Below are positions 18,134 to 26,816 of a stretch of 64,000 bases of DNA, piece by piece. Positions within the stretch are counted from its first letter, which is position 1. Each line of letters starts with the position of its first letter. The notes below the pieces were generated by a model. The model ran no database searches. It was not told where the DNA came from and saw only the letters and a program-made list of their open reading frames with translations. A program made the translations under genes and the position numbers. Source of the DNA: Candidatus Omnitrophota bacterium (GTDB lineage Bacteria; Omnitrophota; Gorgyraeia; JABMRN01; RBG-13-46-9); the NCBI GenBank assembly GCA_016782425.1, contig JADHYN010000005.1:6502-70501 (forward strand). Reading direction: 5' to 3'.

Positions 18134-19628
18134 TTTTTCTTGTTCCTTTATTTCTTATGTCTTGAGCATTTTGCCTTTCCTTATGGTCAACCAAAAACGT
18201 TGTGAACTGCCAGACGTCCTCACTTTTAGGCGGAGTGATGTCAAATTTCGTAAATTTAGTGTTCAGATTTTTTAGGGGCGTCCAGTCAACCGGCTTGGAA
18301 ATAAAAGGCTCGATATATGGCATGGAGGTTTTTAAGATATCCTCGTGGTCCACGTCATCGGGCATGAGAAAACCGCTCTTGGGATTCTTGATCATCCATA
18401 TGGCAGCTGATACTGCCGAAATTGCTACCTGAAGCGTGGTAGCCTGCTGATGCGGGACAAGCTGCCGCGCCTTATGTATATCCAAAATGCTTCCACACCA
18501 CCACGATTTAAAATCGTGTCCCATCAGAAGCACCCCGAGTTCGTCCCGGCCGTCTATAATCTCGTCGCTCATTATGCGCTGCTTCTCCTGCATCCTAAAC
18601 TGCCTCATCTCAAGTTCGTGGAGAGAATTAATGGCGGCATCCGTTGGGCAATATGCATAGTGTACGGTCGGCCGATAAATAGCTTTGTTGTTTTCCCAGA
18701 CCGTAAGCCGGTCAGATATGCTAAATGCCTCGCCGTGCCTTATTACCATGCCTGTTATTTCGCCGCACGGTACCCACGAGCGCACCCATGTCTTCATGCC
18801 TATCGAGTTAAGACAGATCTGGTTTCTTGGCCCTACTTTATGGAAAAACGCGCCTTTAGGCACGTAATACTCGTGTGTGCCCCAACCAAGCTCCGCAGGA
18901 GCAACGCCCTCTTCAAAAAATCCCTCTATGCTCCAAGTATTAACAAATTCGTTTAGCTCTTTCGGTCTGTTCGTGATCTGCGTATCGCGTTCACTTATGT
19001 GTATCGTCTTTACGCCGGTGAGCTGGGAGAGCTTCGCGAAATTTTTGTCTTTCAAGGCCTTTTCGAGGCCGACGCGGCGCTTATCGCGCGGTTTTTCTTT
19101 CAGGATTTTTTCCGCTATCTGGATCAATGCGTGTTTTGTAAAATGCGAAACGAGTCCTGGATTTGCCCCGTGGTCAACTATCGCTGTCGCATACCCCTTG
19201 TCGCGGGACATATCGATCTGGCTCCGAAGCTCCATGTGTCGTGAATACAGCGTATATCTCGTAGGGTCATTTCTCTCGCCGTCCTTGTATGGGTCCCATT
19301 CCTCTACAGAGGTGTTTACGTAAAGAACTTCGTTTTCCCTGCACCACTGAACAATGTCGCTGCACTCAATGTTCCATGCGAGATCTATTATCAAGTCTCC
19401 GCGCCCGGTGTATTTTTCGAGGAGCACTTTATAATTTTCCTTCGTTATCCGGTCGTTCACGTATTTCACTCCCTTTTGAAGGGCATCTTTTACGCGGGAA
19501 CGATTGTCCACAAAATCCATGATCGTGACCCGTTCGGCCGGCATGTCAATAAGCTCTAGGACAAGCGGCACAGCGCATTGCGAAACAGAGCCGCATCCTA
19601 TTATGAGTATTCTTCCGTTAAATTTCAT
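18114..19628 (-). CDS. hss: Homospermidine synthase
   Basis: Long blocks are shared with bacterial HSS as I remember it: ILIIGCGSV, VDHGANPGLVSHF, IHISERDTQ, FVNTWSIEGF..E....AELGWGT, YRPTVHYAY.P.D.A..SLHE, DELGVLLMGH, VDWTPL. Confidence 0.88.
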   Translation of the reverse strand: MKFNGRILIIGCGSVSQCAVPLVLELIDMPAERVTIMDFVDNRSRVKDALQKGVKYVNDRITKENYKVLLEKYTGRGDLIIDLAWNIECSDIVQWCRENEVLYVNTSVEEWDPYKDGERNDPTRYTLYSRHMELRSQIDMSRDKGYATAIVDHGANPGLVSHFTKHALIQIAEKILKEKPRDKRRVGLEKALKDKNFAKLSQLTGVKTIHISERDTQITNRPKELNEFVNTWSIEGFFEEGVAPAELGWGTHEYYVPKGAFFHKVGPRNQICLNSIGMKTWVRSWVPCGEITGMVIRHGEAFSISDRLTVWENNKAIYRPTVHYAYCPTDAAINSLHELEMRQFRMQEKQRIMSDEIIDGRDELGVLLMGHDFKSWWCGSILDIHKARQLVPHQQATTLQVAISAVSAAIWMIKNPKSGFLMPDDVDHEDILKTSMPYIEPFISKPVDWTPLKNLNTKFTKFDITPPKSEDVWQFTTFLVDHKERQNAQDIRNKGTRKIEATKA

Positions 19629-19747
19629 GACTCTTTTCTCCTCTATTAAACTTTTTCAAAAAAATTAATTTCGCTTTCAGTATAGCACATTTTTTATTTT
19701 TTAAAAAGAAAAAGTGATATTTTTTTTACCCTGAGCCTGTCGAGAGG

Positions 19748-21157
19748 TTACTTTCCCGCGGCTGCCAAATAAGCGATTTCGTTTTTCCTCGGCACGCAGG
19801 CCTTAACGTTCAGGGATTTAAGACTCTTTCTGAGCGCCTCCCGTTGCGAGGATTCGCCGTGAACTATGAAAACTTTTTTAAGTGTCTTCCCGCAATCCTT
19901 AACGTACCTCACGAGATCCGCATTGTCAGCGTGAGCGCTGAAGGCCTCGATCTCGACAATCTCCGCGCGCACCTGGTAGGGCCTTCCGAAAATATTTACG
20001 CTGGGGTTTCCCTCGCGTATTTTTCTTCCGAGCGTGTTTTTAGGCATGTATCCCACTGTAACTATCGTGTTGCGCGGGTTTTCTATGTTGTTTTTCAGGT
20101 GATGCAGTATCCTTCCGTTTTCGCACGTACCTGATGCCGATATGATTATCATGGGACCTGTCATGTCATTCAGTTTTTTTGATTTGGCAGGGTCTTTTAT
20201 ATATGTTATATGCTTATCCCCCAGAGGATCAACCTCCCGGTCTATAAGCTCGCGGGTTTCCTTGTCGAAATATTCAGAGTTTTGCCGGAAAACCTTTGTC
20301 ACGTTGACCGCCAGCGGGCTGTCCAGATATATAGGTATGTCCTTTATTTTCTTTTTCCTTAAAAGCCTGGAAAGAAAATAAAGAACCTCCTGGGACCTCT
20401 CGAGGGCAAACGACGGGATTATGACCTTACCGCCGCGCCGCGCTGTTTTTCGCACCGCGCGTAAAAGCTCCTCCTCGGCTTCCTCTATGGGCGGCCGTGA
20501 CCTCGCGCCGTAAGTGCTCTCGATTATAAGGTAGTCTATTCCTTTGGGAACCTCCGGGTTCTCGAGATACGGGAGATTTGGCCGGCCGAGGTCTACCGCA
20601 TAGGCAATGCGTGTAGTGCCTTTTCTGGTTTTTATATCGATCGCGGATATAGACGAGCCGAGTATGTGCCCCGCGTCGAAAAACGTAAGGCCTATGCCCG
20701 GCGCGATATCCATACGCTTGTGATACCCGAGCGTCCGTAAATATCTGAGCGCGGTTTCCGCCTCGGCTCTCGTGTAAAGCGGCCAGCGCGGGGGCAGGCC
20801 GCGGCGCTTATTGATTTTATTTACGTATTTTATATCTTCTTCCTGAACGTACCCGGAATCCGGAAGCATGTAGCGGCACAGGTCCCTTGTCGCGGGAGTC
20901 AGGTACGCCTTACCCCTGAATCCTTTTTTTACCAGTGTCGGAAAATTACCGCAGTGGTCTATGTGCGCGTGCGATATGATGCAGCTATCAAGGTTGGAAG
21001 GATTAAAAGGAAGTTGGGAATTGATCGCGAAAAATTCGTCTCTTTTTCCCTGAAAAAGCCCGGCGTCTATAAGCACCCTGGATCTCTCGGTAGCCAGAAG
21101 GTGCATCGATCCGGGAACCGTTTCGACCCCGCCGAAGAATTTAATTGTTATTGCCAT
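19748..21157 (-). CDS. MBL-fold / beta-CASP family metallo-hydrolase (RNA-processing-nuclease-like)
   Basis: HAHIDHCG motif, ~470 aa, C-terminal ...FSAHAD...VHGE typical of beta-CASP/RMMBL proteins. Confidence 0.8.
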   Translation of the reverse strand: MAITIKFFGGVETVPGSMHLLATERSRVLIDAGLFQGKRDEFFAINSQLPFNPSNLDSCIISHAHIDHCGNFPTLVKKGFRGKAYLTPATRDLCRYMLPDSGYVQEEDIKYVNKINKRRGLPPRWPLYTRAEAETALRYLRTLGYHKRMDIAPGIGLTFFDAGHILGSSISAIDIKTRKGTTRIAYAVDLGRPNLPYLENPEVPKGIDYLIIESTYGARSRPPIEEAEEELLRAVRKTARRGGKVIIPSFALERSQEVLYFLSRLLRKKKIKDIPIYLDSPLAVNVTKVFRQNSEYFDKETRELIDREVDPLGDKHITYIKDPAKSKKLNDMTGPMIIISASGTCENGRILHHLKNNIENPRNTIVTVGYMPKNTLGRKIREGNPSVNIFGRPYQVRAEIVEIEAFSAHADNADLVRYVKDCGKTLKKVFIVHGESSQREALRKSLKSLNVKACVPRKNEIAYLAAAGK

Positions 21158-21220
21158 ATGTCGTTTTATAATATACTATTACTCGGATTTTTACAATTAT
21201 TTTTTTATTATGGCAACAAC

Positions 21221-21346
21221 CCGTTGTGCGTCGGTCGATTGCGGTGGCGTCGCGCGAAACGTCGGGCGTCTGTCGGTTGTGCGTATTTACTTCATGCAAC
21301 CTATCGACGCAACCGTTTCCCGTGACGCAACCGACCCACGCAACCG
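21221..21346. repeat. Array of ACGCAACCG 9-mers with inverted CGGTTGYGCGT-type copies
   Basis: ACGCAACCG occurs at 21307, 21325 and 21338, with variant ATGCAACCT at 21294. Reverse-orientation variants lie at 21221-21231, 21236-21250 and 21274-21284. The array is just upstream of the mscS promoter (TTGCAC 21359, TGTGTATAAT). Confidence 0.6.
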
Positions 21347-21407
21347 CAGCCGAAACTATTGCACATACCAGCTTATATGTGTATAATATGGCCAAAAGGA
21401 GGCCACG

Positions 21408-22040
21408 ATGTCCCCTGTATCAAAAAAAATAAGCTGGGAGATCATAAAAAAAGCAATGCTCCCGGCTGTTTTTATCTTGGCGGTTGGCGGATTTTACTGG
21501 TATTACACCCTACGCATTGTCCCGAAAATTTCTCCCGAGATCTATGAGGCTTCAAAAAAATACATCATCACACTTTTTATTCTTTGCGGCACGTTCGCCG
21601 TTCACCGCGTATCCGGTGCGGTTTTTGGCTGGTATAAGCAGAATATCGCTTCAAAAACCGAGACCAAGCTCGACGACCAGTTGGTGCCTCTCTTACGCAG
21701 AACGTTTAACACGCTTCTCTGGATAGTGGCGCTTCTGGTAATCCTGCCTGTTTATAAAATAAACATAAGCGCTCTTGTTACGGCACTCGGCGTAGGCTCG
21801 CTCGCCATCGCGCTCGCAGCACAGGATACAATCGCGAATATCATAGCCGGGTTCCTAATAATGATAGATTCGCCGTTCACGGTGGGGGACAGCATAAAGC
21901 TGCCGTCCGGCGAAATGGTTAAGGTTCTTGATATCGGGGTGAGGCGGTCGAAATTCCTGGCTGAAGACAAAGCGATTGTCTTCGTGCCTAACGTTGATTT
22001 AAGCAAAAGCAAAATCGTAAACTATAGTTACCACCAATAA
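21408..22040 (+). CDS. MscS-family mechanosensitive channel, short form
   Basis: ALGVGSLAIALAAQDTIANIIAGFLIMIDSPFTVGDSIKL is a typical MscS TM3/beta-domain junction. At 210 aa it appears to lack the C-terminal alpha/beta domain. Confidence 0.75.
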   Translation: MSPVSKKISWEIIKKAMLPAVFILAVGGFYWYYTLRIVPKISPEIYEASKKYIITLFILCGTFAVHRVSGAVFGWYKQNIASKTETKLDDQLVPLLRRTFNTLLWIVALLVILPVYKINISALVTALGVGSLAIALAAQDTIANIIAGFLIMIDSPFTVGDSIKLPSGEMVKVLDIGVRRSKFLAEDKAIVFVPNVDLSKSKIVNYSYHQ

Positions 22041-22072
22041 AACCTGCCCTACTGTTTTTATTGGTGGTAACT
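22026..22072. terminator. Perfect 17-bp inverted repeat shared by two convergent gene ends (bidirectional terminator candidate)
   Basis: AGTTACCACCAATAAAA (22026-22042), a 13-nt loop, then TTTTATTGGTGGTAACT (22056-22072). Both stop codons lie inside the arms. Confidence 0.6.
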
Positions 22073-23107
22073 GCACTCCACGTTTCCGTTTTCGTCCGTT
22101 GAATAATCTCCCAACGCGCAACTAGGCATGCTTCTTAAGTAGGAAGGAACTGTTACTATCTCTATTTCCGCTGCGCTCAAATCCTCCGTAGAAACCGAGG
22201 GATCCAGCGCAACAGCCGTGCCAAGCGCCCCTTCGAGTTGTCTTATATTTGCGGCGCAAGCGCCTTCTCTGCCTTTATCCCGGGCTGTTTGATACCCGGG
22301 TATAGCAATAGCCCCTAGAATTCCTATAATGGCAACGACTATCATTATTTCAACAAGCGAAAAGCCCTTATCCCGCCGGGGAAATCTCTTTAAAATGCTC
22401 TCTTTCCGCTCATAAAACCTGAGCTTGAGCTTAAGAAACCATTCTAAAAAAATAAAAAATGTTCCTATGTTTTTTTTCTTTATGAGCACGCCCAGGCCCT
22501 CTCCTCTGTTATAGCAAAAGAAATAGTACCTGTGCCCGTAATTTTTTAGAAAATCCTCTATTGCCGTGAGCACGCCGTTTCTTGGGCCACCCTCATGCGT
22601 AGCATTATAGTGGCCGGCATTCATGCCGCCCGACTCCGAAAGCCCGCTCTTTCCGCGCATGATTCCTTTTTTTGCGTACGGATGTCTGTATTCTGCGGGA
22701 ATATCCAGAGGCGTATAATACATGTCGCGCCGCGCGTAGGGCCAGCGAACGTCATGCAAAAATATTGCGCCGCCTTTTTTTAGCAGTTTTTTTTCCTCTA
22801 TCAGGCGCAGTTCGTTATACACTGTAAACCAGTTATGGTCTCCGTCTATCAGTATAGAATCAAAATTGCTTTCAAGAGCGGGCAGAACTCCAAGGCTCTT
22901 TCCTTTATGTGCCGTGACATTTGAAAGTTTGCCGAATTCCTGGACAAGATCCTTGTCGAGGCAAGGGTCAATAACGGTAATTCGGGTATTATTAATTCCC
23001 GCAAGAAGCGCGGTATTCTCTCCCAGCGAAGCCCCTATTTCACATATACCCGGGAACCGGTTTTTTTGGATAAAAGGCTTTATGGCCTTATGAAAAAAGT
23101 ATTTCAT
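22058..23107 (-). CDS. SAM-methyltransferase domain fused in frame to a type IV prepilin/pseudopilin module
   Basis: aa 1-210 are Methyltransf_24-like (CEIGASLGENT...ILIDGDHNW...GGAIFLHD). aa 246-349 read DKG|FSLVEIMIVVAIIGILGAIAIPGY, the canonical prepilin cleavage/methylation motif with Glu at +5, followed by a small Cys-containing globular part. Confidence 0.75.
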   Translation of the reverse strand: MKYFFHKAIKPFIQKNRFPGICEIGASLGENTALLAGINNTRITVIDPCLDKDLVQEFGKLSNVTAHKGKSLGVLPALESNFDSILIDGDHNWFTVYNELRLIEEKKLLKKGGAIFLHDVRWPYARRDMYYTPLDIPAEYRHPYAKKGIMRGKSGLSESGGMNAGHYNATHEGGPRNGVLTAIEDFLKNYGHRYYFFCYNRGEGLGVLIKKKNIGTFFIFLEWFLKLKLRFYERKESILKRFPRRDKGFSLVEIMIVVAIIGILGAIAIPGYQTARDKGREGACAANIRQLEGALGTAVALDPSVSTEDLSAAEIEIVTVPSYLRSMPSCALGDYSTDENGNVECSYHQ

Positions 23108-23195
23108 GATTCTTTGCGTATAGTATAATCGAGAGAGCCTTTTTATTCAAGATTTATCTTGAGAGCAAAAATTTTTGAATATATAATAGTAAGCG

Positions 23196-23990
23196 ATGCT
23201 TAACGATAAAATGTATATACTGGACTTTGACGGCTCCGTAGTAAGGCAAAAGAGCCTCATGACGTACCGGGCCGCTCAGATTATAGACTGCAGGGATCTC
23301 TCCGGACCGGCGCGGTTCTGGGCCGATAGAAGCACCGAAGAAAAGATATGGGAACGCGTAAAGAAAATCCCGGAAAATAGCCTTGTCTTTCTGGGGTCAG
23401 GCGATTTTCACCACATGAGCTCGCTTCTTATAAGGCGCGTAAGAGAACCGGTATCTGTGATCCATTTTGATTCACACCACGATTTTACGCTACTCCCTTT
23501 GCCTCTCAATTGCGGTTCATGGGTCGCGCGGACCGTTTCGAATAGTTTTGTGAAAAAACATTTGATTATCGGCGCCCGGTTCTCTGTATTTTCCATGGCC
23601 TCTTACGCCTTGAAGTTCGCCCATAAAAGCAGCGTAGTTTCATACAAGGGCGATAGCGCGGTTATCGCGAATCTTCCGACAAAAAAAGTTTATATAACCA
23701 TAGACAAGGATTGCCTTACAAAAGACTACGCGCTCACAAACTGGAACGAAGGGAGCATGACGCTGCCCGGGATGCTAGGACTGTTAAGGATAATAAAAGA
23801 TAGCGCCGAGATCGTGGGCGTTGACATAACAGGGGAGTATTCTCCCGTAGCGCTTTCCGGAGCTTTTAAAAAAATATTATCATTCATAAACCGTCCTCGC
23901 GCGTTTTCAGCAAAAGGAAAAAGCAAGGATGAGATCTTGAATACTAACGAAAAAACGAACCTGGAAATTGTAAAAGCCCTGTTTTTGTAG
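23196..23990 (+). CDS. Arginase/ureohydrolase-fold family protein
   Basis: Motif series GSGDFHH, HFDSHHD, TIDKDCL and VDITGEYSP parallels the GGDHS / DAHxD / SxDxD / E..P metal-binding motifs of the arginase family. Confidence 0.55.
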   Translation: MLNDKMYILDFDGSVVRQKSLMTYRAAQIIDCRDLSGPARFWADRSTEEKIWERVKKIPENSLVFLGSGDFHHMSSLLIRRVREPVSVIHFDSHHDFTLLPLPLNCGSWVARTVSNSFVKKHLIIGARFSVFSMASYALKFAHKSSVVSYKGDSAVIANLPTKKVYITIDKDCLTKDYALTNWNEGSMTLPGMLGLLRIIKDSAEIVGVDITGEYSPVALSGAFKKILSFINRPRAFSAKGKSKDEILNTNEKTNLEIVKALFL

Positions 23991-24007
23991 TATACTTGGT
24001 ATTTAAT

Positions 24008-25672
24008 ATGAATATTGCACCCGTCATCGTAAAACTTCTGGAGCCAATAGCAAAGGATTTTGAAAAAGCCACAAAAAATCCTGTCGAGGCCCAGAAAAAA
24101 ATACTATTAGCTTATTTAAGCCGTAACAAGGGCACCGAATACGGCAAAAAATACTGTTTTTCTTCCATAAAATCCATAAAAGAATACCGGGAAAAAGTCC
24201 CCCTCTCGAACTGCGAAACCATGCGCCCTTTCATAGAAAGAATGGCCGCCGGCGAACGCAATGTCCTGACTAAGGATGAGCCTACTTTTTTCGGGATCAC
24301 AAGCGGCACCTCCGGAAAGTCGAAGCTTATTCCGAGCACAAAATATTCGCAGAAAAAAAAGACCGATGTGATGAACATCTGGTCCTACTATATCACTAAA
24401 AAATACCCACGGATACTTAATGGTAAGATATTCGCGGTAATGAGCCCGGAACTTGAGGAAAAGACAAAATCCGGGCTTCCTTGCGGCGCTGAAAGCGGGC
24501 ACGGATACAGGCAGCTTTCAGGCGCGATCCGCCGTTTTTACGCGATACCGTATGAAGCATTCGACATAAAGGACTTCGACTCCAGATATTACACCCTGCT
24601 GCGCATAGGCATGGGGGAAAACATAACAACGCTGGCCACATTAAACCCGAGCACCATAATACTTCTTTGCCAGAAAATTGAAAAATGGCAACAAGCCATA
24701 ATCGAAGATATAAGAGAAGGTTCTCTTAATAAGAATCTCATAATCCACAACACCATACGGAAAAAAGTTGAAAAAACTCTCCGGCCCAACCCCGGGAGGG
24801 CCGCGTTCCTTGAAAAAATACTGGAAGAAAAAAAAGAGCTCCTCCCTAAAGATTTCTGGCCGGGCCTGCAGTTGATCGAATGCTGGAAAGGCGGCACCAT
24901 GCGGCTCTACCTGAAAGAGTTTCCGCGTTATTTCGGCGATACGCCCATACGGGATATAGGGTGCCTTTCCACGGAAGCCCGTAGTTCCATACCTATGAGC
25001 AATAAGGGCGCCGACGGAGCGCTGGCAATAAACGCGAATTTCTACGAATTCATTCCGAAGGAGGATATAGAGAAAGACAAAAAACGCTTGTTATCATGCG
25101 AAGAAGTCATCCCCGGCAAAGAGTATTACTTAATAATAACAACGCCGGGCGGCTTATATAGGTATAATATTGATGACATCGTAAAGGTAAACTCTTTCTT
25201 CAACAAGGTCCCTGTTATTGAATTCGTGCAAAAGGGCCGTAGCGCCGTTTCCCTCGCGGGCGAAAAACTGTATGAGTCACAGGTAAGCGAAGCGGTCATA
25301 AGGGCCCTTGATAAACACAACCTTTCCGTAAAGTTTTTTACGGCCGGCATACAGTGGGAGCAGCCTCCCCGGTACGTATTTCTGACTGAATTCGAGGGAG
25401 ACCCTTCTTTGGAAGACAAAAAGGCGTTGCTTTTGTCCGTTGAACAGGAACTATACATAGAAAACCGGGAATACGAGTACACCCGCACTGCTGGGCTTTT
25501 AAACACACCTATATTAAAGATCCTTGAGAAGGGGGAGTTTGAAAAATACCGCATAAAGAAGGTAGCCGAAGGCGCCCACGACAGCCAGTTCAAAGTGCCT
25601 GAGCTTATCGGTGACGTTGATTTCCAGAAGAATTTCTCCATACAGGAGGAAATACCCTTGATTTCCGGGTAA
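24008..25672 (+). CDS. GH3-family acyl-acid amido synthetase-like protein
   Basis: The N-terminal region (...KNPVEAQKKILLAYLSRNKGTEYGKKY...) and the P-loop-like ITSGTSGKSKLIPST match the GH3 family as I recall it. The start was moved to ATG 24008. Confidence 0.75.
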   Translation: MNIAPVIVKLLEPIAKDFEKATKNPVEAQKKILLAYLSRNKGTEYGKKYCFSSIKSIKEYREKVPLSNCETMRPFIERMAAGERNVLTKDEPTFFGITSGTSGKSKLIPSTKYSQKKKTDVMNIWSYYITKKYPRILNGKIFAVMSPELEEKTKSGLPCGAESGHGYRQLSGAIRRFYAIPYEAFDIKDFDSRYYTLLRIGMGENITTLATLNPSTIILLCQKIEKWQQAIIEDIREGSLNKNLIIHNTIRKKVEKTLRPNPGRAAFLEKILEEKKELLPKDFWPGLQLIECWKGGTMRLYLKEFPRYFGDTPIRDIGCLSTEARSSIPMSNKGADGALAINANFYEFIPKEDIEKDKKRLLSCEEVIPGKEYYLIITTPGGLYRYNIDDIVKVNSFFNKVPVIEFVQKGRSAVSLAGEKLYESQVSEAVIRALDKHNLSVKFFTAGIQWEQPPRYVFLTEFEGDPSLEDKKALLLSVEQELYIENREYEYTRTAGLLNTPILKILEKGEFEKYRIKKVAEGAHDSQFKVPELIGDVDFQKNFSIQEEIPLISG

Positions 25673-25694
25673 TTAACGGATAAACTGTACTTAT

Positions 25695-26162
25695 ATGAAA
25701 AAAATTTTAAAGGCTTGTTTTGTAGCGCTCCTTTGCCTTTGCCTTCTTGGTTGCGGCACCCTGTGGTGTGACAGCATGAAATCCGTAAGGGCCCATAATA
25801 AAGAAAATCTCCAAAAACTCAAGCCCGGCATGAGTATACACGAGGTCCTGGAAATAATGGGCACTGAGTCGCGGGGTTCCTCGTTCCCCCTTGTTGAGGA
25901 AGTAGGGGAAACCATCACTGACATAGGTTTTTCCTTTCTAACCTCGTCCCAGGCGGTACGTAACCCGTATAAGACCAAGGTGCTGCAAGAAGGACGCACG
26001 ACAACCGAGGTTTTTTATTATTACACGGACATGAAGAATAGAGACGGCAAGATTACGGACAGCGAGTTGACGCCTGTAGTGTTCAGAAACGGCGTTCTTG
26101 TCGGATGGGGAAAAGATTTCCTGAAAAAACACCTGAGGGAAACCGGATTTTTCGCCGAATAA
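25695..26162 (+). CDS. Hypothetical lipoprotein
   Basis: Signal plus lipobox LLGCGT. Confidence 0.6.
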   Translation: MKKILKACFVALLCLCLLGCGTLWCDSMKSVRAHNKENLQKLKPGMSIHEVLEIMGTESRGSSFPLVEEVGETITDIGFSFLTSSQAVRNPYKTKVLQEGRTTTEVFYYYTDMKNRDGKITDSELTPVVFRNGVLVGWGKDFLKKHLRETGFFAE

Positions 26163-26176
26163 AAAAGGAGACGCAT

Positions 26177-26515
26177 ATGGACAAAAAGGATCTGGGCAAA
26201 ACTTCCTGCGGCATACAACCTAACGCGGCAGCACTTTTAAGCTACCTTCTCGGATTCGTCAGCGGAATCGTATTCTATTTAGTAGAGAAAGAAAACAAGT
26301 TCGTCCGGTTCCACGCAATGCAGTCAATCGTGGTTTTCGGATTTCTCTTCGTCCTGGGCATTATTTTGCCTTTTATACCCGTAGTAGGGTGCATCCTGGT
26401 TCCGGCGCTCTGGATACTAAATCTCGTCCTGTGGATCGTGCTCATGATGAAAGCCTACCAGGGTGAGCGCTTCAAAGTGCCGATAGCAGGCGACATAGCA
26501 GAGCAAAACTCATAA
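26177..26515 (+). CDS. DUF4870-like small membrane protein
   Basis: The start was moved to ATG 26177 (RBS AAAGGAG). AALLSYLLGFVSGIVFYLVEKENKFVRFHAMQS is the typical DUF4870 pattern. Confidence 0.6.
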   Translation: MDKKDLGKTSCGIQPNAAALLSYLLGFVSGIVFYLVEKENKFVRFHAMQSIVVFGFLFVLGIILPFIPVVGCILVPALWILNLVLWIVLMMKAYQGERFKVPIAGDIAEQNS

Positions 26516-26534
26516 AATAACAAGGAGGTGTCTG

Positions 26535-26816
26535 ATGAAGAAGTTTCTCGTACTACTAGTAGTAGCGGCTTTTGTTGTTTCCTCATGGGGCTGCGCGTCA
26601 AAAAGCGAATACGACAAGCTCGTAGAGCAGAAAAAGGTCGCGGAGAAAAAAGTTACAGAGCTTAATGCGGAAAAAGCGAAGCTGAAGCAAACCATCATAA
26701 GCCGTGAAATGCAGATTAAGGACCTCAAAAGCGAAGTAGCGAAGACAAGCACAGCTGTAAACCAGATGGAAAAAGAGCTGACGTCGCTTAAATCGCAGCT
26801 TGGATCGAAGAAATAA
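26535..26816 (+). CDS. Coiled-coil lipoprotein (Lpp-like architecture)
   Basis: RBS AAGGAGG. Signal plus lipobox SSWGCAS, then heptad-like K/E-rich sequence. Confidence 0.6.
   Translation: MKKFLVLLVVAAFVVSSWGCASKSEYDKLVEQKKVAEKKVTELNAEKAKLKQTIISREMQIKDLKSEVAKTSTAVNQMEKELTSLKSQLGSKK

Noticed and set aside
21226-21547. Small ORFs (21141..21395(-), 21226..21432(+), 21359..21547(+)) across the ACGCAACCG repeat array.
   Set aside because: They are generated by the repeat itself (repetitive Arg/Cys/Thr-rich translations), overlap each other and the mscS promoter, and have no RBS.
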